This document shows positions 43,998 to 53,475 of a stretch of 64,000 nucleotides of DNA, in pieces. The translations under genes and the position numbers were made by a program. The stretch lies in IMG/VR virus record IMGVR_UViG_3300043788_000023, positions 105,609 through 169,608 of that record. The stretch is one strand, 5' to 3'. Origin of the DNA: a virus. Each line of letters opens with the position of its first letter. Position 1 is the stretch's first letter. The notes under the pieces are model-generated. The model saw nothing but the letters and a program-made list of their open reading frames with translations. It had not been told where the DNA came from and did no database searches.

Positions 43998-46900
43998 TTA
44001 CCCCGCTGTCACATAGTTAATGGTGATCGTGCCCGGTGCCAAGTACTCGGTCGGCGACACCGTGACGTCTTTTGCCCCGCCTTCGTTGAAGACTTGGTAT
44101 GTGACGAAGAAAGAAAGCTGCGCTGGAGTCGGGATGTCAAGCGGAACCGTCAAGGCAATCTTTCCGCTGTTAGCATCATCCGTGCCGTAGATGTAGAACG
44201 AACCTGGCGTGGAGTTCACGATGCCTGGTGCGACGGCGAGATGCGGGACAGAGGGGCTGTTATTCAGGAAGTCCTGCAAGGACGTGGCACGGCGGAACAC
44301 CTGACCTTGGTACAACACATCCACAATCGCAGTTGGCTGTCCCCCCGTTGCGATGGTGGTATCAGGCAGCACTGTGTTGGTGCTGATCCATGCGTTGTTC
44401 GTCTTGTTCGTCTGCGTCCAAGCTGTGCCCGTGGGAATAACGACGCCGATGTCGTATGAGCCGTCACTCTTCGCACACTTGACGAGCGGGAGTTCCACGC
44501 TTTGCACGCCCGTGATCGCTTGCACTTGGCTCACAAGCTCGGACTGAAACAGGGTGGTCGTGGAGTTGTCAAGCACCACGTTGATCGCTGTACGGATGAC
44601 CGGGTCAACTGTCGCGGCGTTGGTGTTCTTGTCAAGTGTGACCGTCATGGTGATGTCAACCGGGTTGGCAACCATCGCCTTGATAAGTACGTCCGCTGCT
44701 GCTGATTGAGTCTGAGCAATAGTGTTCGCCAGAAGCTCAACGAACGTCGGGTACTGGGTGGAGACTGTGAAAGTCTCGGTCACAAAATAAGAGACCAGCA
44801 CTGTGCCGCCGTCTGGGATTCTTCCCGTGAGGATTCTCGCCAATGTGGCGGAACCGGATGTCGGGTCAACCGTGAGCGTGAAGTCAAGGTTCTCTTTATA
44901 AACCACTGTGGCAGGTGAGTTGGTGACCTTGATGTAGCGGGATTCGTGTGGAACTTGATTGCCCACTAGACCGACTGGATCAAAGGTCAAGGAGCCGATA
45001 ACATCCAGCCCGCCGTCAGCGCCCAACAAGCCGTTCCAGCCGTCAAGCGTCAAATCAAAGCCCTGCTGCGTTACCGGGAACACGTCGGTTCCGATGGTGT
45101 AGCTTTCAGGCAGCCAAGTGTTGAATACGAAACCGTCGTTGTCCAGTGTGGTGGGCAACGTGCCGTTGAGCACCTGCGCCTCGCCGGATATGAAAGTCAG
45201 CCGTTCGTACAGAACGAACTTGTTATAGGCGACGACGATCTGTTGCCCGGCTTGGATCGCGCTTCCGGTCACGGTGCCCGAAGTCAGCGTCGGTCCAGTG
45301 TTGGCTTGAATGAACGTAGCCGTGAACTGGGTCGGCGAGGCTGTGGCGATTGTCACCGTCTGATTGTTGAGGATCGCAGCGAAGGTCGGGTCTTGAATAC
45401 CGCTGAACTGTACCGATGCCCCTGCACCGAGGTCGTTAGCCGCAGATACGGTCAGCACGTTATTCACGATTGTAAGCTGCGTCAGCGTTGCGGTTGACGT
45501 GAGCGGCTGGATGCCGTACTGGTGGTACGGACCAAAAGCGACGATGTTGTAGTCCTTCCCGAACACGTATGAGGTGGACAGGTCAAGACTCAACACGCTA
45601 TTCACATTAAGGGGCACGCCGCCTGCGCCGAGGGGCTGATCCATGCCGATGTCAATGAGAGTCGGGGATGCTAGCGACCCCACGGTGATAGTCTTTTGCA
45701 CCGGGGAACTGGTCAGGGACACTTGCACGATGTCGCCCGCCTTGTTTGATCCGCCGTTCAAAAGGAAATCAGACGTGTGTACCAAGGTCACGTCGGTGCT
45801 CGGCAAGACGCCCGATCCGGTCGCCGACCCAGTGACGGAGTAGATTTGAAGCACGGGCTGAAGCGCTGGGACGTGCGAGAACGGTGAGGCAAGCCTCATG
45901 AAGAGTGCAAAGGAGTACGTGTTTGTTGCAGCGCCCGACAACGCCGCCAAAGCTGCTTGGTTTGTCGCCGGGTTGTTGTTGAGCGTGAGGGGAACCTTCG
46001 CCTTCGTGGTTGAGTTGCCCACGTATTGGTAGGCTATGTCGTTCGGGTTGATGATAATCTGACCCGTCTGATTATTGAACTGCGCTCTGTCAAGCGACAG
46101 GTAGAAAGCGTTTGACGAACGGCTCACGAAAAGTTCAACGCCGTCGTACGGAGGAAACGGCAGCGCACCAAAGTTATTGATCTGGAATGTGTTGCTACCG
46201 ATGAACGCCAGCGTGGAGTAGGTCTGCGTGTTCCCGTACACACCGTTGTCGGCGTAGGAGAACGGCACGAACTCGTCCTGCTGAGAGAACGTCGTACCCC
46301 TTGCGTAGATGTCCACCGCACCGAATACATGCTTCAGGCGAGTCGGGTCCCAGTCACGCAGCATCTCAAGATCGCCAGCCGCCACGACTTGTGCGGAGAT
46401 GACGCCGGGGGTGCTGAGAGCGGTGACGAGGTAGCCGTTGGCTGAACTGCTATCGTTGCCTGTGAACTTGCGGGCTTGGATGCGTGCGGCAAATGCAGAG
46501 TTGGATTCTTGGTCGGTGCCGAACGTAGCACCCACGAGGTTCGTCACATTCACGCCAGACGGAACGCCGTTTACTGTCTGCCTGATGGTGCCAGCCCCGA
46601 CGTTTCCGATGGAGCCTGGCTGCGTGCATTGGGCGGGAACGCTTACGCCCCACCATCCAGTGCTCGTGTTGAAGAACGAGGCGAGATTAGCGATGTTGAT
46701 TGTTCCCTGACCCTGCGTGGTGAACGTGAGAGTACCTGTCGTACTATCGGGCACCGTGGAAACGGTGGCTCCCTCGGGGATCGTGATGCTGGACGTGGGC
46801 TGCTGGTACGTGTAGAAAGTCAGCACCACGGTCGCCTGTGTTGATCCGAGGCGGGTCAATCCCGCTGCTTCGCCGAGAAGGTCAAACTGCTCATTGATGA

Positions 46901-49073
46901 GGTTCTGTGTATCCTGCGGTGACAGACCGTAGGCACGGGCAATCTGCTGCTTGTACGGGCTGGACTGGAACGGATCGGAGAGTCCATTGCCGCTTGCGTT
47001 GTCAATCTGCGAGATGGCAGAGATTGAAGTTGAAACCCTCGCAAACCACTCACGGACGGACATATTGGCAAGCTCAATGGAGAACGGATCAATGAAGATG
47101 TCTCGTACTTCGGAGCGTGGCGACAGGTCAAGGTCGGGAAGCTGCTTGTTGATCTGCGCGATCAGACGTCCTGCAATGTCCTCTTTGCGCTGGAGTACAG
47201 GGAAGTCGCTCGGATTGGCGACGTGCAGATTGACGTAGCCTGCCAGCAAAGGTCCATTCTCAACAGACTCGTACACGATGTTCGTCGTTGGGTCTTGGAC
47301 GACTGTTGAGAACATCGCATAGAACTGGGTGGCGTTGATCGTGGAGAACGGGACATCCACGGTGCTGTAGTTCGTCAGCATGGAGGTGTCAGTCGTAGAC
47401 GTAGTGCTCGTAGAGATCACGCTGACTGCCGTACCGTTGTCGGCGATTGAAGCTACTGCCCCGAGTGGTTCGGCGCTGTTGGCGTAGTTTGAGTGCGTGA
47501 AAGCTGCCCTGAATTGGAACGGGTTTGCTAAGGTAACAGTCAGGACTTGACCGTTCAGGAACGGCTCCGCTGTACCGCTGATGACCACCTGCTGTCCGAC
47601 AGAGTAGCTATTCTGCGCCGTGACAGTGAGAACGTTACCGGAGATTGAAGTCGCAGAGATAACGTTGCCGTAAGAGTTCGTGCCATTGTCAGGGTTTGAG
47701 TAAGTGAACAACGACGTAAAGGCGGTCGGCGTTGCGGTCAGGATAGTCAGGCTCTCACCGTTGAGGAACGTGGCGTTCGCAAGACTTGCGATCTCTACCA
47801 CCATGCCGGGGACAAAACTGTTCTGCGCCACGATTGTCGCAAGGTTGTTAGCGAGCACCACGTTTGAGATGACCGCTGTCGGCACGTTGACCGATGTGTT
47901 TGAGGCGGATGTTATGACCGTACCCGTGGAACTGGAGATCGCCGTGACGAGGTCTCCGAACTGAGTGAACGGCGGGTTTACGCCTGCCGGGTCGGTGGAA
48001 ATCTGCACTCTGACGCCGATGAAACCAGGGAAATCGGGAGTCACCCACTGCAACGTGCAATCAGTCTGGTTCTTTAGCGCAGAGATACCGGAAGGCGGAG
48101 CAATAGCAACTGAGAGGTCGCTTTGCGCGAACAGCAGGGAGAACCTAACTGTGGGCGTGATCGCCGTGGGTCCGATGTTCGCCCACACAAGCTGGTTGTC
48201 CAGCGTTGCCGCTTGCACTATTCCTGAGTCGGCAGCAGCAGGATAATCCGCCTGCGTGATGGGGGCAGTGAAGAACGTCGGGTTCGCATTGGAGATCGTT
48301 ACGACCTGACCGTTGAGAAGTGCGTTGACAAAGCCCGTGAGGTACACGGACTGACCTACGACAAAGGTGTTGACGCAGGTGACGGTGAGCAAGTTCGCAG
48401 AAATGGACACCTGTGTGGCAGTCGTCGGAGGCTGTTTGCTCCAAGCAGGCTGTGGTACCACGCTGCCAGAATCAGAGATGTTCGTGAAGTTCCCGGCGAC
48501 GATTGTTGATGTAAAGCCAGTGAACGTCGGGCCTGCGCCGATGAGCGCTGCGACGAGAACGGTCTGACCGTTGAGTACCGCTTCGGCGGTTCCGGTGAGA
48601 ACGACGGGCTGTCCCACGGTGAACTTGTTGTTGCACGTCACAGTGAGGACGTTGTTCACGACGGAGGTCGCCGTGATAGACGACCCGGTTGAAGACGACG
48701 TTCCAGACCCGGTTGACTGAACCACGACCTCTACGTTTCCGAACGGATCAGCAAAGCGTGTGTTTAGCGGGTAGCTGGTGCCTGGTAGCCAGGTAGCGGT
48801 TGGATCGTAGTTACGACCGATGATCGTGACATTCGTCTGCGCAACCGAAGGGGTCAGCGGGATGGACTGAGTGAACTGGTTGAAATTTCCGACGATTGAG
48901 AATGTGTTGATGGCATAGGGGGTGTTGTAAATTCCAACCTCTACACGGGTTGTGTGCTGGTCGGCATCAACTACGAGCGGAAGAACGGACGAGTCAATGG
49001 AGACCACACTCGTCCCGGTAGGCAGAACTGGGATCACCAGTTGAAGAGGCGACAATGTTGCCGAGGGTGCCAT
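43998..49073 (-). CDS. Baseplate wedge (J/gp6-like) protein with beta-repeat insertions
   Basis: DLSPRSEVRDIFIDP, TIPEGATVST, GSIGNVGAGTI, GTDQES...FA.RI, SELV..VQ.I.GV. Confidence 0.8.
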   Translation of the reverse strand: MAPSATLSPLQLVIPVLPTGTSVVSIDSSVLPLVVDADQHTTRVEVGIYNTPYAINTFSIVGNFNQFTQSIPLTPSVAQTNVTIIGRNYDPTATWLPGTSYPLNTRFADPFGNVEVVVQSTGSGTSSSTGSSITATSVVNNVLTVTCNNKFTVGQPVVLTGTAEAVLNGQTVLVAALIGAGPTFTGFTSTIVAGNFTNISDSGSVVPQPAWSKQPPTTATQVSISANLLTVTCVNTFVVGQSVYLTGFVNALLNGQVVTISNANPTFFTAPITQADYPAAADSGIVQAATLDNQLVWANIGPTAITPTVRFSLLFAQSDLSVAIAPPSGISALKNQTDCTLQWVTPDFPGFIGVRVQISTDPAGVNPPFTQFGDLVTAISSSTGTVITSASNTSVNVPTAVISNVVLANNLATIVAQNSFVPGMVVEIASLANATFLNGESLTILTATPTAFTSLFTYSNPDNGTNSYGNVISATSISGNVLTVTAQNSYSVGQQVVISGTAEPFLNGQVLTVTLANPFQFRAAFTHSNYANSAEPLGAVASIADNGTAVSVISTSTTSTTDTSMLTNYSTVDVPFSTINATQFYAMFSTVVQDPTTNIVYESVENGPLLAGYVNLHVANPSDFPVLQRKEDIAGRLIAQINKQLPDLDLSPRSEVRDIFIDPFSIELANMSVREWFARVSTSISAISQIDNASGNGLSDPFQSSPYKQQIARAYGLSPQDTQNLINEQFDLLGEAAGLTRLGSTQATVVLTFYTYQQPTSSITIPEGATVSTVPDSTTGTLTFTTQGQGTINIANLASFFNTSTGWWGVSVPAQCTQPGSIGNVGAGTIRQTVNGVPSGVNVTNLVGATFGTDQESNSAFAARIQARKFTGNDSSSANGYLVTALSTPGVISAQVVAAGDLEMLRDWDPTRLKHVFGAVDIYARGTTFSQQDEFVPFSYADNGVYGNTQTYSTLAFIGSNTFQINNFGALPFPPYDGVELFVSRSSNAFYLSLDRAQFNNQTGQIIINPNDIAYQYVGNSTTKAKVPLTLNNNPATNQAALAALSGAATNTYSFALFMRLASPFSHVPALQPVLQIYSVTGSATGSGVLPSTDVTLVHTSDFLLNGGSNKAGDIVQVSLTSSPVQKTITVGSLASPTLIDIGMDQPLGAGGVPLNVNSVLSLDLSTSYVFGKDYNIVAFGPYHQYGIQPLTSTATLTQLTIVNNVLTVSAANDLGAGASVQFSGIQDPTFAAILNNQTVTIATASPTQFTATFIQANTGPTLTSGTVTGSAIQAGQQIVVAYNKFVLYERLTFISGEAQVLNGTLPTTLDNDGFVFNTWLPESYTIGTDVFPVTQQGFDLTLDGWNGLLGADGGLDVIGSLTFDPVGLVGNQVPHESRYIKVTNSPATVVYKENLDFTLTVDPTSGSATLARILTGRIPDGGTVLVSYFVTETFTVSTQYPTFVELLANTIAQTQSAAADVLIKAMVANPVDITMTVTLDKNTNAATVDPVIRTAINVVLDNSTTTLFQSELVSQVQAITGVQSVELPLVKCAKSDGSYDIGVVIPTGTAWTQTNKTNNAWISTNTVLPDTTIATGGQPTAIVDVLYQGQVFRRATSLQDFLNNSPSVPHLAVAPGIVNSTPGSFYIYGTDDANSGKIALTVPLDIPTPAQLSFFVTYQVFNEGGAKDVTVSPTEYLAPGTITINYVTAG

Positions 49074-49867
49074 TAGCCGTTCATCCTAAGTGTGAATCCC
49101 AACGGAGCAGCCTGACCGCTGTAGTTAGACACGGTCGCACTGACCCTCACGACAGTCGGGTCTTGCTGGTCAATCGCTGCTGTTATGTTCACAATGTCCT
49201 TCAAAATCTCCTGCGGGTCTAAGTTCTGTACGGTGCTTTGAGCCTGTTGCACCCTCTGCATGTTGGTTAGGGCGTTGACGACCGCAGTCTGTATGTCTGT
49301 GTCTGTAATCTGAATACCGAGTTTGCGACCAACATAGCTCTTTATGGCGCAGACAAAGGTCGGGTAGAAGGGGCAGCGGGAGGTGAGAATCCACTTCAAG
49401 GCCTTCTGTGCCAGCTTCGTCGCTTGCGTGACTTCAGAAAATGGGGCGCTCCCCACACCCAGCTTGAGGTCATTCAGGAAGCCCGTGGCGCTGCACTTCA
49501 GGCAGTAGTCTTGCCGGGAAATGTACGAGACCTCAATCAGCGGTAGAACAAGACGGACAGGGTTGTTGAACACGATCTTGTAGAAAATGTTATCGGTTGT
49601 GAGGTCTATCCTGTCTGGGTCTAGTACCACTTGCCAGCCATAGATCGGGTCGGAGGAATGCACTTGCTGCCCGTGAATCCACATCTGAACCGACTGAGCA
49701 CCGTTGATGGGCGCACGTTGATTGATTGACGGTTGCCCAGCGTAGTTCAGAGTACGGAAGTCGTCCTGATTGACAACGTACCGCTCAAACCACTGATGGT
49801 GGTCGCACGCGCCGATGGGTAGATTCGTCATCGGGTCAAACATCAGGATGTTATAGTCAAAGCTCAT
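49073..49867 (-). CDS. Baseplate wedge gp25-like protein
   Basis: CLKC..TG, KL.QK.LKWILT, DP.EIL..I, DPT.V.V...V. Confidence 0.6.
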   Translation of the reverse strand: MSFDYNILMFDPMTNLPIGACDHHQWFERYVVNQDDFRTLNYAGQPSINQRAPINGAQSVQMWIHGQQVHSSDPIYGWQVVLDPDRIDLTTDNIFYKIVFNNPVRLVLPLIEVSYISRQDYCLKCSATGFLNDLKLGVGSAPFSEVTQATKLAQKALKWILTSRCPFYPTFVCAIKSYVGRKLGIQITDTDIQTAVVNALTNMQRVQQAQSTVQNLDPQEILKDIVNITAAIDQQDPTVVRVSATVSNYSGQAAPLGFTLRMNG

Positions 49868-50550
49868 CAGGTTCCGAGTTCCCTTGTGTCAACAGACGGT
49901 CCGGTTCCGGCAGGCGTAGAAGTTATCTGCTCAATCTCCCACTGTGTCGGGGCGTCAAGCTGGTTCACACGGAACCTCGGCTGCCCGCTCTTTTCCGGGT
50001 AGACATCCGTTTGGTCGTCTACCAAAACAGCTTCGTATTCCGGTTGACTGAAATAGCCGTTTATGCGGGTGATGAGGTTCTCCACCGTGTCGTTGGAGAA
50101 CTGCGTCGGGTTCATGGCTAGGAAAGCCTTTTCAGCCTTATCTTCCGTCTTTTCAATAACATTGCGGAGATGGTTCATGGCGAACACACTCTCGTCCTGC
50201 CGCTGAAACTGCTCCTTCATGTAATCCTTGATCTGGTACATGGCGACCATCGGAAGCTGGTCGTCACGGTACGGGTAGTTGAAGCTTCCCTGCGGACCGG
50301 GTTTCCACGGCTCTTTCTTAAAAGTCGGAGCGAGCGTTTCATCGTTCAGCGTGGCGTAGTACTGTTCAAGCACACCAGCCGTCTTGCGGAGCACCGCAGC
50401 ACGAATTTGGAAGTGCTGCTGAATCGCAGAAAAATTCTTCTCACGAGCACGTACCCATGTGTTGAACGCATTCTGCTGCGTTTTTGAGAAGTGCCCTAAG
50501 AAGTTGAACGGCGGTCCGGCGTAGCCGTATACATATCCGTTTCCTGCCAT
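49867..50550 (-). CDS. Hypothetical virion protein
   Basis: 227-aa ORF coupled within the structural operon. Confidence 0.6.
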   Translation of the reverse strand: MAGNGYVYGYAGPPFNFLGHFSKTQQNAFNTWVRAREKNFSAIQQHFQIRAAVLRKTAGVLEQYYATLNDETLAPTFKKEPWKPGPQGSFNYPYRDDQLPMVAMYQIKDYMKEQFQRQDESVFAMNHLRNVIEKTEDKAEKAFLAMNPTQFSNDTVENLITRINGYFSQPEYEAVLVDDQTDVYPEKSGQPRFRVNQLDAPTQWEIEQITSTPAGTGPSVDTRELGT

Positions 50551-50553
50551 TCA

Positions 50554-53463
50554 TCACTCCTGTGGTGCAAGGGTAAGCGCAACGGCGCATCCCGACGATT
50601 GGTTGCACGGCCAAACCACTCCGTACCCTCCGGCACCGTTCACCACCTGGTAGGCAAGAGCCGACGACCACGTGAATCCGTTAAACGAGGACGGGTTGCC
50701 CAGCAACGTCCACCCGGCTGGCACACCACCGCCGCAGCCGCCAGTTACGCAGGAGAGGAGAACGTCGTGCTGGTTACCTGTGAAAAGTGTGCCCATGTTG
50801 TTGGTGACGCTTTGGCTGGCTGACGTGTACGCTTGGTTGATCGCGATAGGCGAACCGTCAACTTGGTAGCCGTAATTCGCTCCCTGCAACTCAACGACTG
50901 TGACAGCCAAGGCTGCGTTGTTTGCGTTGGCGTGGTGGCAACCCAAGTTGGTAATTTCAGCGTCGGTCGCTGGGGCGTTGACGTTCGCAACGGAAATCCA
51001 GCAAGCTTCCTCAAAGGAGTTGTAGCTCTTCGGGGTGACTCGGTTGTAAACGTTTCCGCCGTTGTCGTGGATGGACGGTTCTCCACCACCTGAAATCGTG
51101 GACCAGTCAAACTCGGAGAAGCCCATGACCATGATGTTCCCCGGCGTGGTAGCTTGGGGCAGCGGGATAAACGCGGTGCCCTGAACGCAGCCGAACTGAC
51201 CAGGAAAGATCGTGTACGTGGCACGCTGCACGACGTTGATGCCGTACGTGATGGTGACCGGGAACGTGTACGTGGTGTTGCTGTAAAATGTCGTAGACAA
51301 ACCGCTGACTGTGTCCGTGGCAACGAATCCGAGAAGGTCTGTGGTGCCCAACTGCTGGTTCGGCGGTGTGAACGCAATCGTGAACGTACTGAAGTACACG
51401 GTCTGACCGTTGACGGTGCCTGAAGAGTGGCTTTGCAGCGCACCGCTGCCGATGAGGTTCGCCCCAGATTGTGAACTGTTGAAGTAGAAATCCATCGTCA
51501 TCGGATTGTTGTCAAGCGTGTATGCGGTTCCGGTGAGAATGTACTGTTGATTGGTGAGCGCCGTGTCGTTCGGGCTGATAGAGAACGCATACGGGGTGGG
51601 TGCGATAAAGCCAGACCCAGTCAACGAAATAGCCCGTGACACGTTGGACATGTATGTGACGGGACCGTTGATGACGAATGCCGTGCCGGAAAGATAACTG
51701 AGAGTTCCAGTCAAGCTCGTGCGAAGATTGAAGCCGCCGTTGGAGGTGGAGAACGGCACAGCCACAGGCACGGTGTACCCCGTCAAGAAGCCGGAGGTGT
51801 TAAACTGCGCTGCAACGCTGCCCGTCTGAACGGAGGTTCCGCTGTCCGATGTGAATGAGGCAGTGACGGTGTTGGTGGTCTTGCCGCCCGTGCCGATCTG
51901 CTGCGGTGACATCGGTTCGCTCAGCGTAACGGTGAACACGTGGACACCGCCGTCAGCAGGCACAGTTGACGGCGACACAGCGACCGAAGTGGGGTTCGTC
52001 ATGTAGTCAACTTCTACGCTGAATGCAATTCCGCCCGGTCCGCTCAACGATGCCGGGACGAACGTGTCGTAGCTCTTGTTGACGGAGTTGAACCAAGCAA
52101 TGTCCTCGGCGGTTACGGTAAGCTGCGTGGAAGCAGCGATGCCGGGAGGGAACGGGGTGCCGTTGTACTTGAGGCTGAACTGCCCGTCACTTGCGTCGTT
52201 GTACACGACGTTGAGGAGGCTCTGCGTGTTTCCGCTGAGCGTGAAGACGTTCGTGGCAGCAGAGGGTTTGTCTACAGCCTGACCATTGTAGGTCTGAAAG
52301 TTGAAGACGTGGGTCGGGTCGTTGTAGATGAAGAGCTTGCCTATCGTTCCCTCAAAGATCGGGATGTACTGCTTGTTCGCATACACGATCCCGTTCACGC
52401 TGACGTTCACCGTGATCTGGTTGCCCTGAATCTGAATGTTAGACTGCGCCAAGCTCAACTGCAAATTACCTGCGGGTGTCGTAGCCGGGGGAGCAGCCTG
52501 AAGAGCCACAGGCTTGATCACACCGCCTGATTCGCCGTTACCGGAAGCCGGAGGAATAGCACCCGTACCTGCGGCGTATGTCATCTGGAAGAACGTCTGC
52601 GCGTCGCCGTTGTTCACGAACCATGAGAGGAACGGATAGATTCCGGGCGTCGGGAAGTTGATGTATACGTAATCAGTCGGCTGAGTACCGATAGCCGGGG
52701 TGTTGCGGGTGCCCAACAGCGGCCATGCGCCGACTCCTGTCAGGGACGTGCCTGAGATCGCAGCGATGGCAGTGCTCGGGGAAGCTGGAGCGCCGCCGCC
52801 TGGCGTGGTCGTGAAAGCGCCAGCCACGTAGCTTGCGCCGCCGCCGATGTAAAGCGCCCAAGAGTCGTCAACCAAGAAGTAGAATGTCTGCACGCCCGCT
52901 TGAGCCACAACAAGCTGCCCCTGCAAGAACGTGACGAAAGCGCCGTCGCCCTGTGCGCCCTGACCCCAACCAAGAGGCGTGCCGAGGGATGTCAGTGCGG
53001 TACCGTCTGACTTGACGTCGTCTAGCAGCGGTGGTGTGTGCCTCAACTGCCCGGTGTTGCCGTCGTCTGTGGTGAGACCCACGATGGGAACGCCCGTTCC
53101 GGCAGTACCGTTGGTGAAGACTTGGTTGATCACCACGGTGTCTCTGTTGAGCATCGTGCCGTATGACGAGCCAACGCCATGCCACGTGGGGTTCTCGCCG
53201 GGGTTAACGTATCCGGCGATAGTCAGGTTGCTGGCGAGGGACACAGTGCCGTTTGCCGCCTGCCATGCTACGAAGGCGTTGTTTGAGACGTATGCGTGGT
53301 TGGCAATGGTAGCCGCTGCGCTGAACTGATCCTGACCGCCGTTCACACCCGTGAATGTGACGCTGGTTGAACCAGTGCCCGTGGTCGGGTCAACGTTCAC
53401 CGCGACCGTCTTGGTCTGCGGGTTGGCTCCGGTCACTGTTATCGTTATTGTCTCTGTAGGCAT
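50554..53463 (-). CDS. Large Ig-like/PA14-like virion fibre protein
   Basis: 969 aa, Thr/Ser/Gly-rich beta content; 'TFYFLVDDSWALYIG' PA14-like motif. Confidence 0.6.
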   Translation of the reverse strand: MPTETITITVTGANPQTKTVAVNVDPTTGTGSTSVTFTGVNGGQDQFSAAATIANHAYVSNNAFVAWQAANGTVSLASNLTIAGYVNPGENPTWHGVGSSYGTMLNRDTVVINQVFTNGTAGTGVPIVGLTTDDGNTGQLRHTPPLLDDVKSDGTALTSLGTPLGWGQGAQGDGAFVTFLQGQLVVAQAGVQTFYFLVDDSWALYIGGGASYVAGAFTTTPGGGAPASPSTAIAAISGTSLTGVGAWPLLGTRNTPAIGTQPTDYVYINFPTPGIYPFLSWFVNNGDAQTFFQMTYAAGTGAIPPASGNGESGGVIKPVALQAAPPATTPAGNLQLSLAQSNIQIQGNQITVNVSVNGIVYANKQYIPIFEGTIGKLFIYNDPTHVFNFQTYNGQAVDKPSAATNVFTLSGNTQSLLNVVYNDASDGQFSLKYNGTPFPPGIAASTQLTVTAEDIAWFNSVNKSYDTFVPASLSGPGGIAFSVEVDYMTNPTSVAVSPSTVPADGGVHVFTVTLSEPMSPQQIGTGGKTTNTVTASFTSDSGTSVQTGSVAAQFNTSGFLTGYTVPVAVPFSTSNGGFNLRTSLTGTLSYLSGTAFVINGPVTYMSNVSRAISLTGSGFIAPTPYAFSISPNDTALTNQQYILTGTAYTLDNNPMTMDFYFNSSQSGANLIGSGALQSHSSGTVNGQTVYFSTFTIAFTPPNQQLGTTDLLGFVATDTVSGLSTTFYSNTTYTFPVTITYGINVVQRATYTIFPGQFGCVQGTAFIPLPQATTPGNIMVMGFSEFDWSTISGGGEPSIHDNGGNVYNRVTPKSYNSFEEACWISVANVNAPATDAEITNLGCHHANANNAALAVTVVELQGANYGYQVDGSPIAINQAYTSASQSVTNNMGTLFTGNQHDVLLSCVTGGCGGGVPAGWTLLGNPSSFNGFTWSSALAYQVVNGAGGYGVVWPCNQSSGCAVALTLAPQE

Positions 53464-53475
53464 TGATCTTGTCCG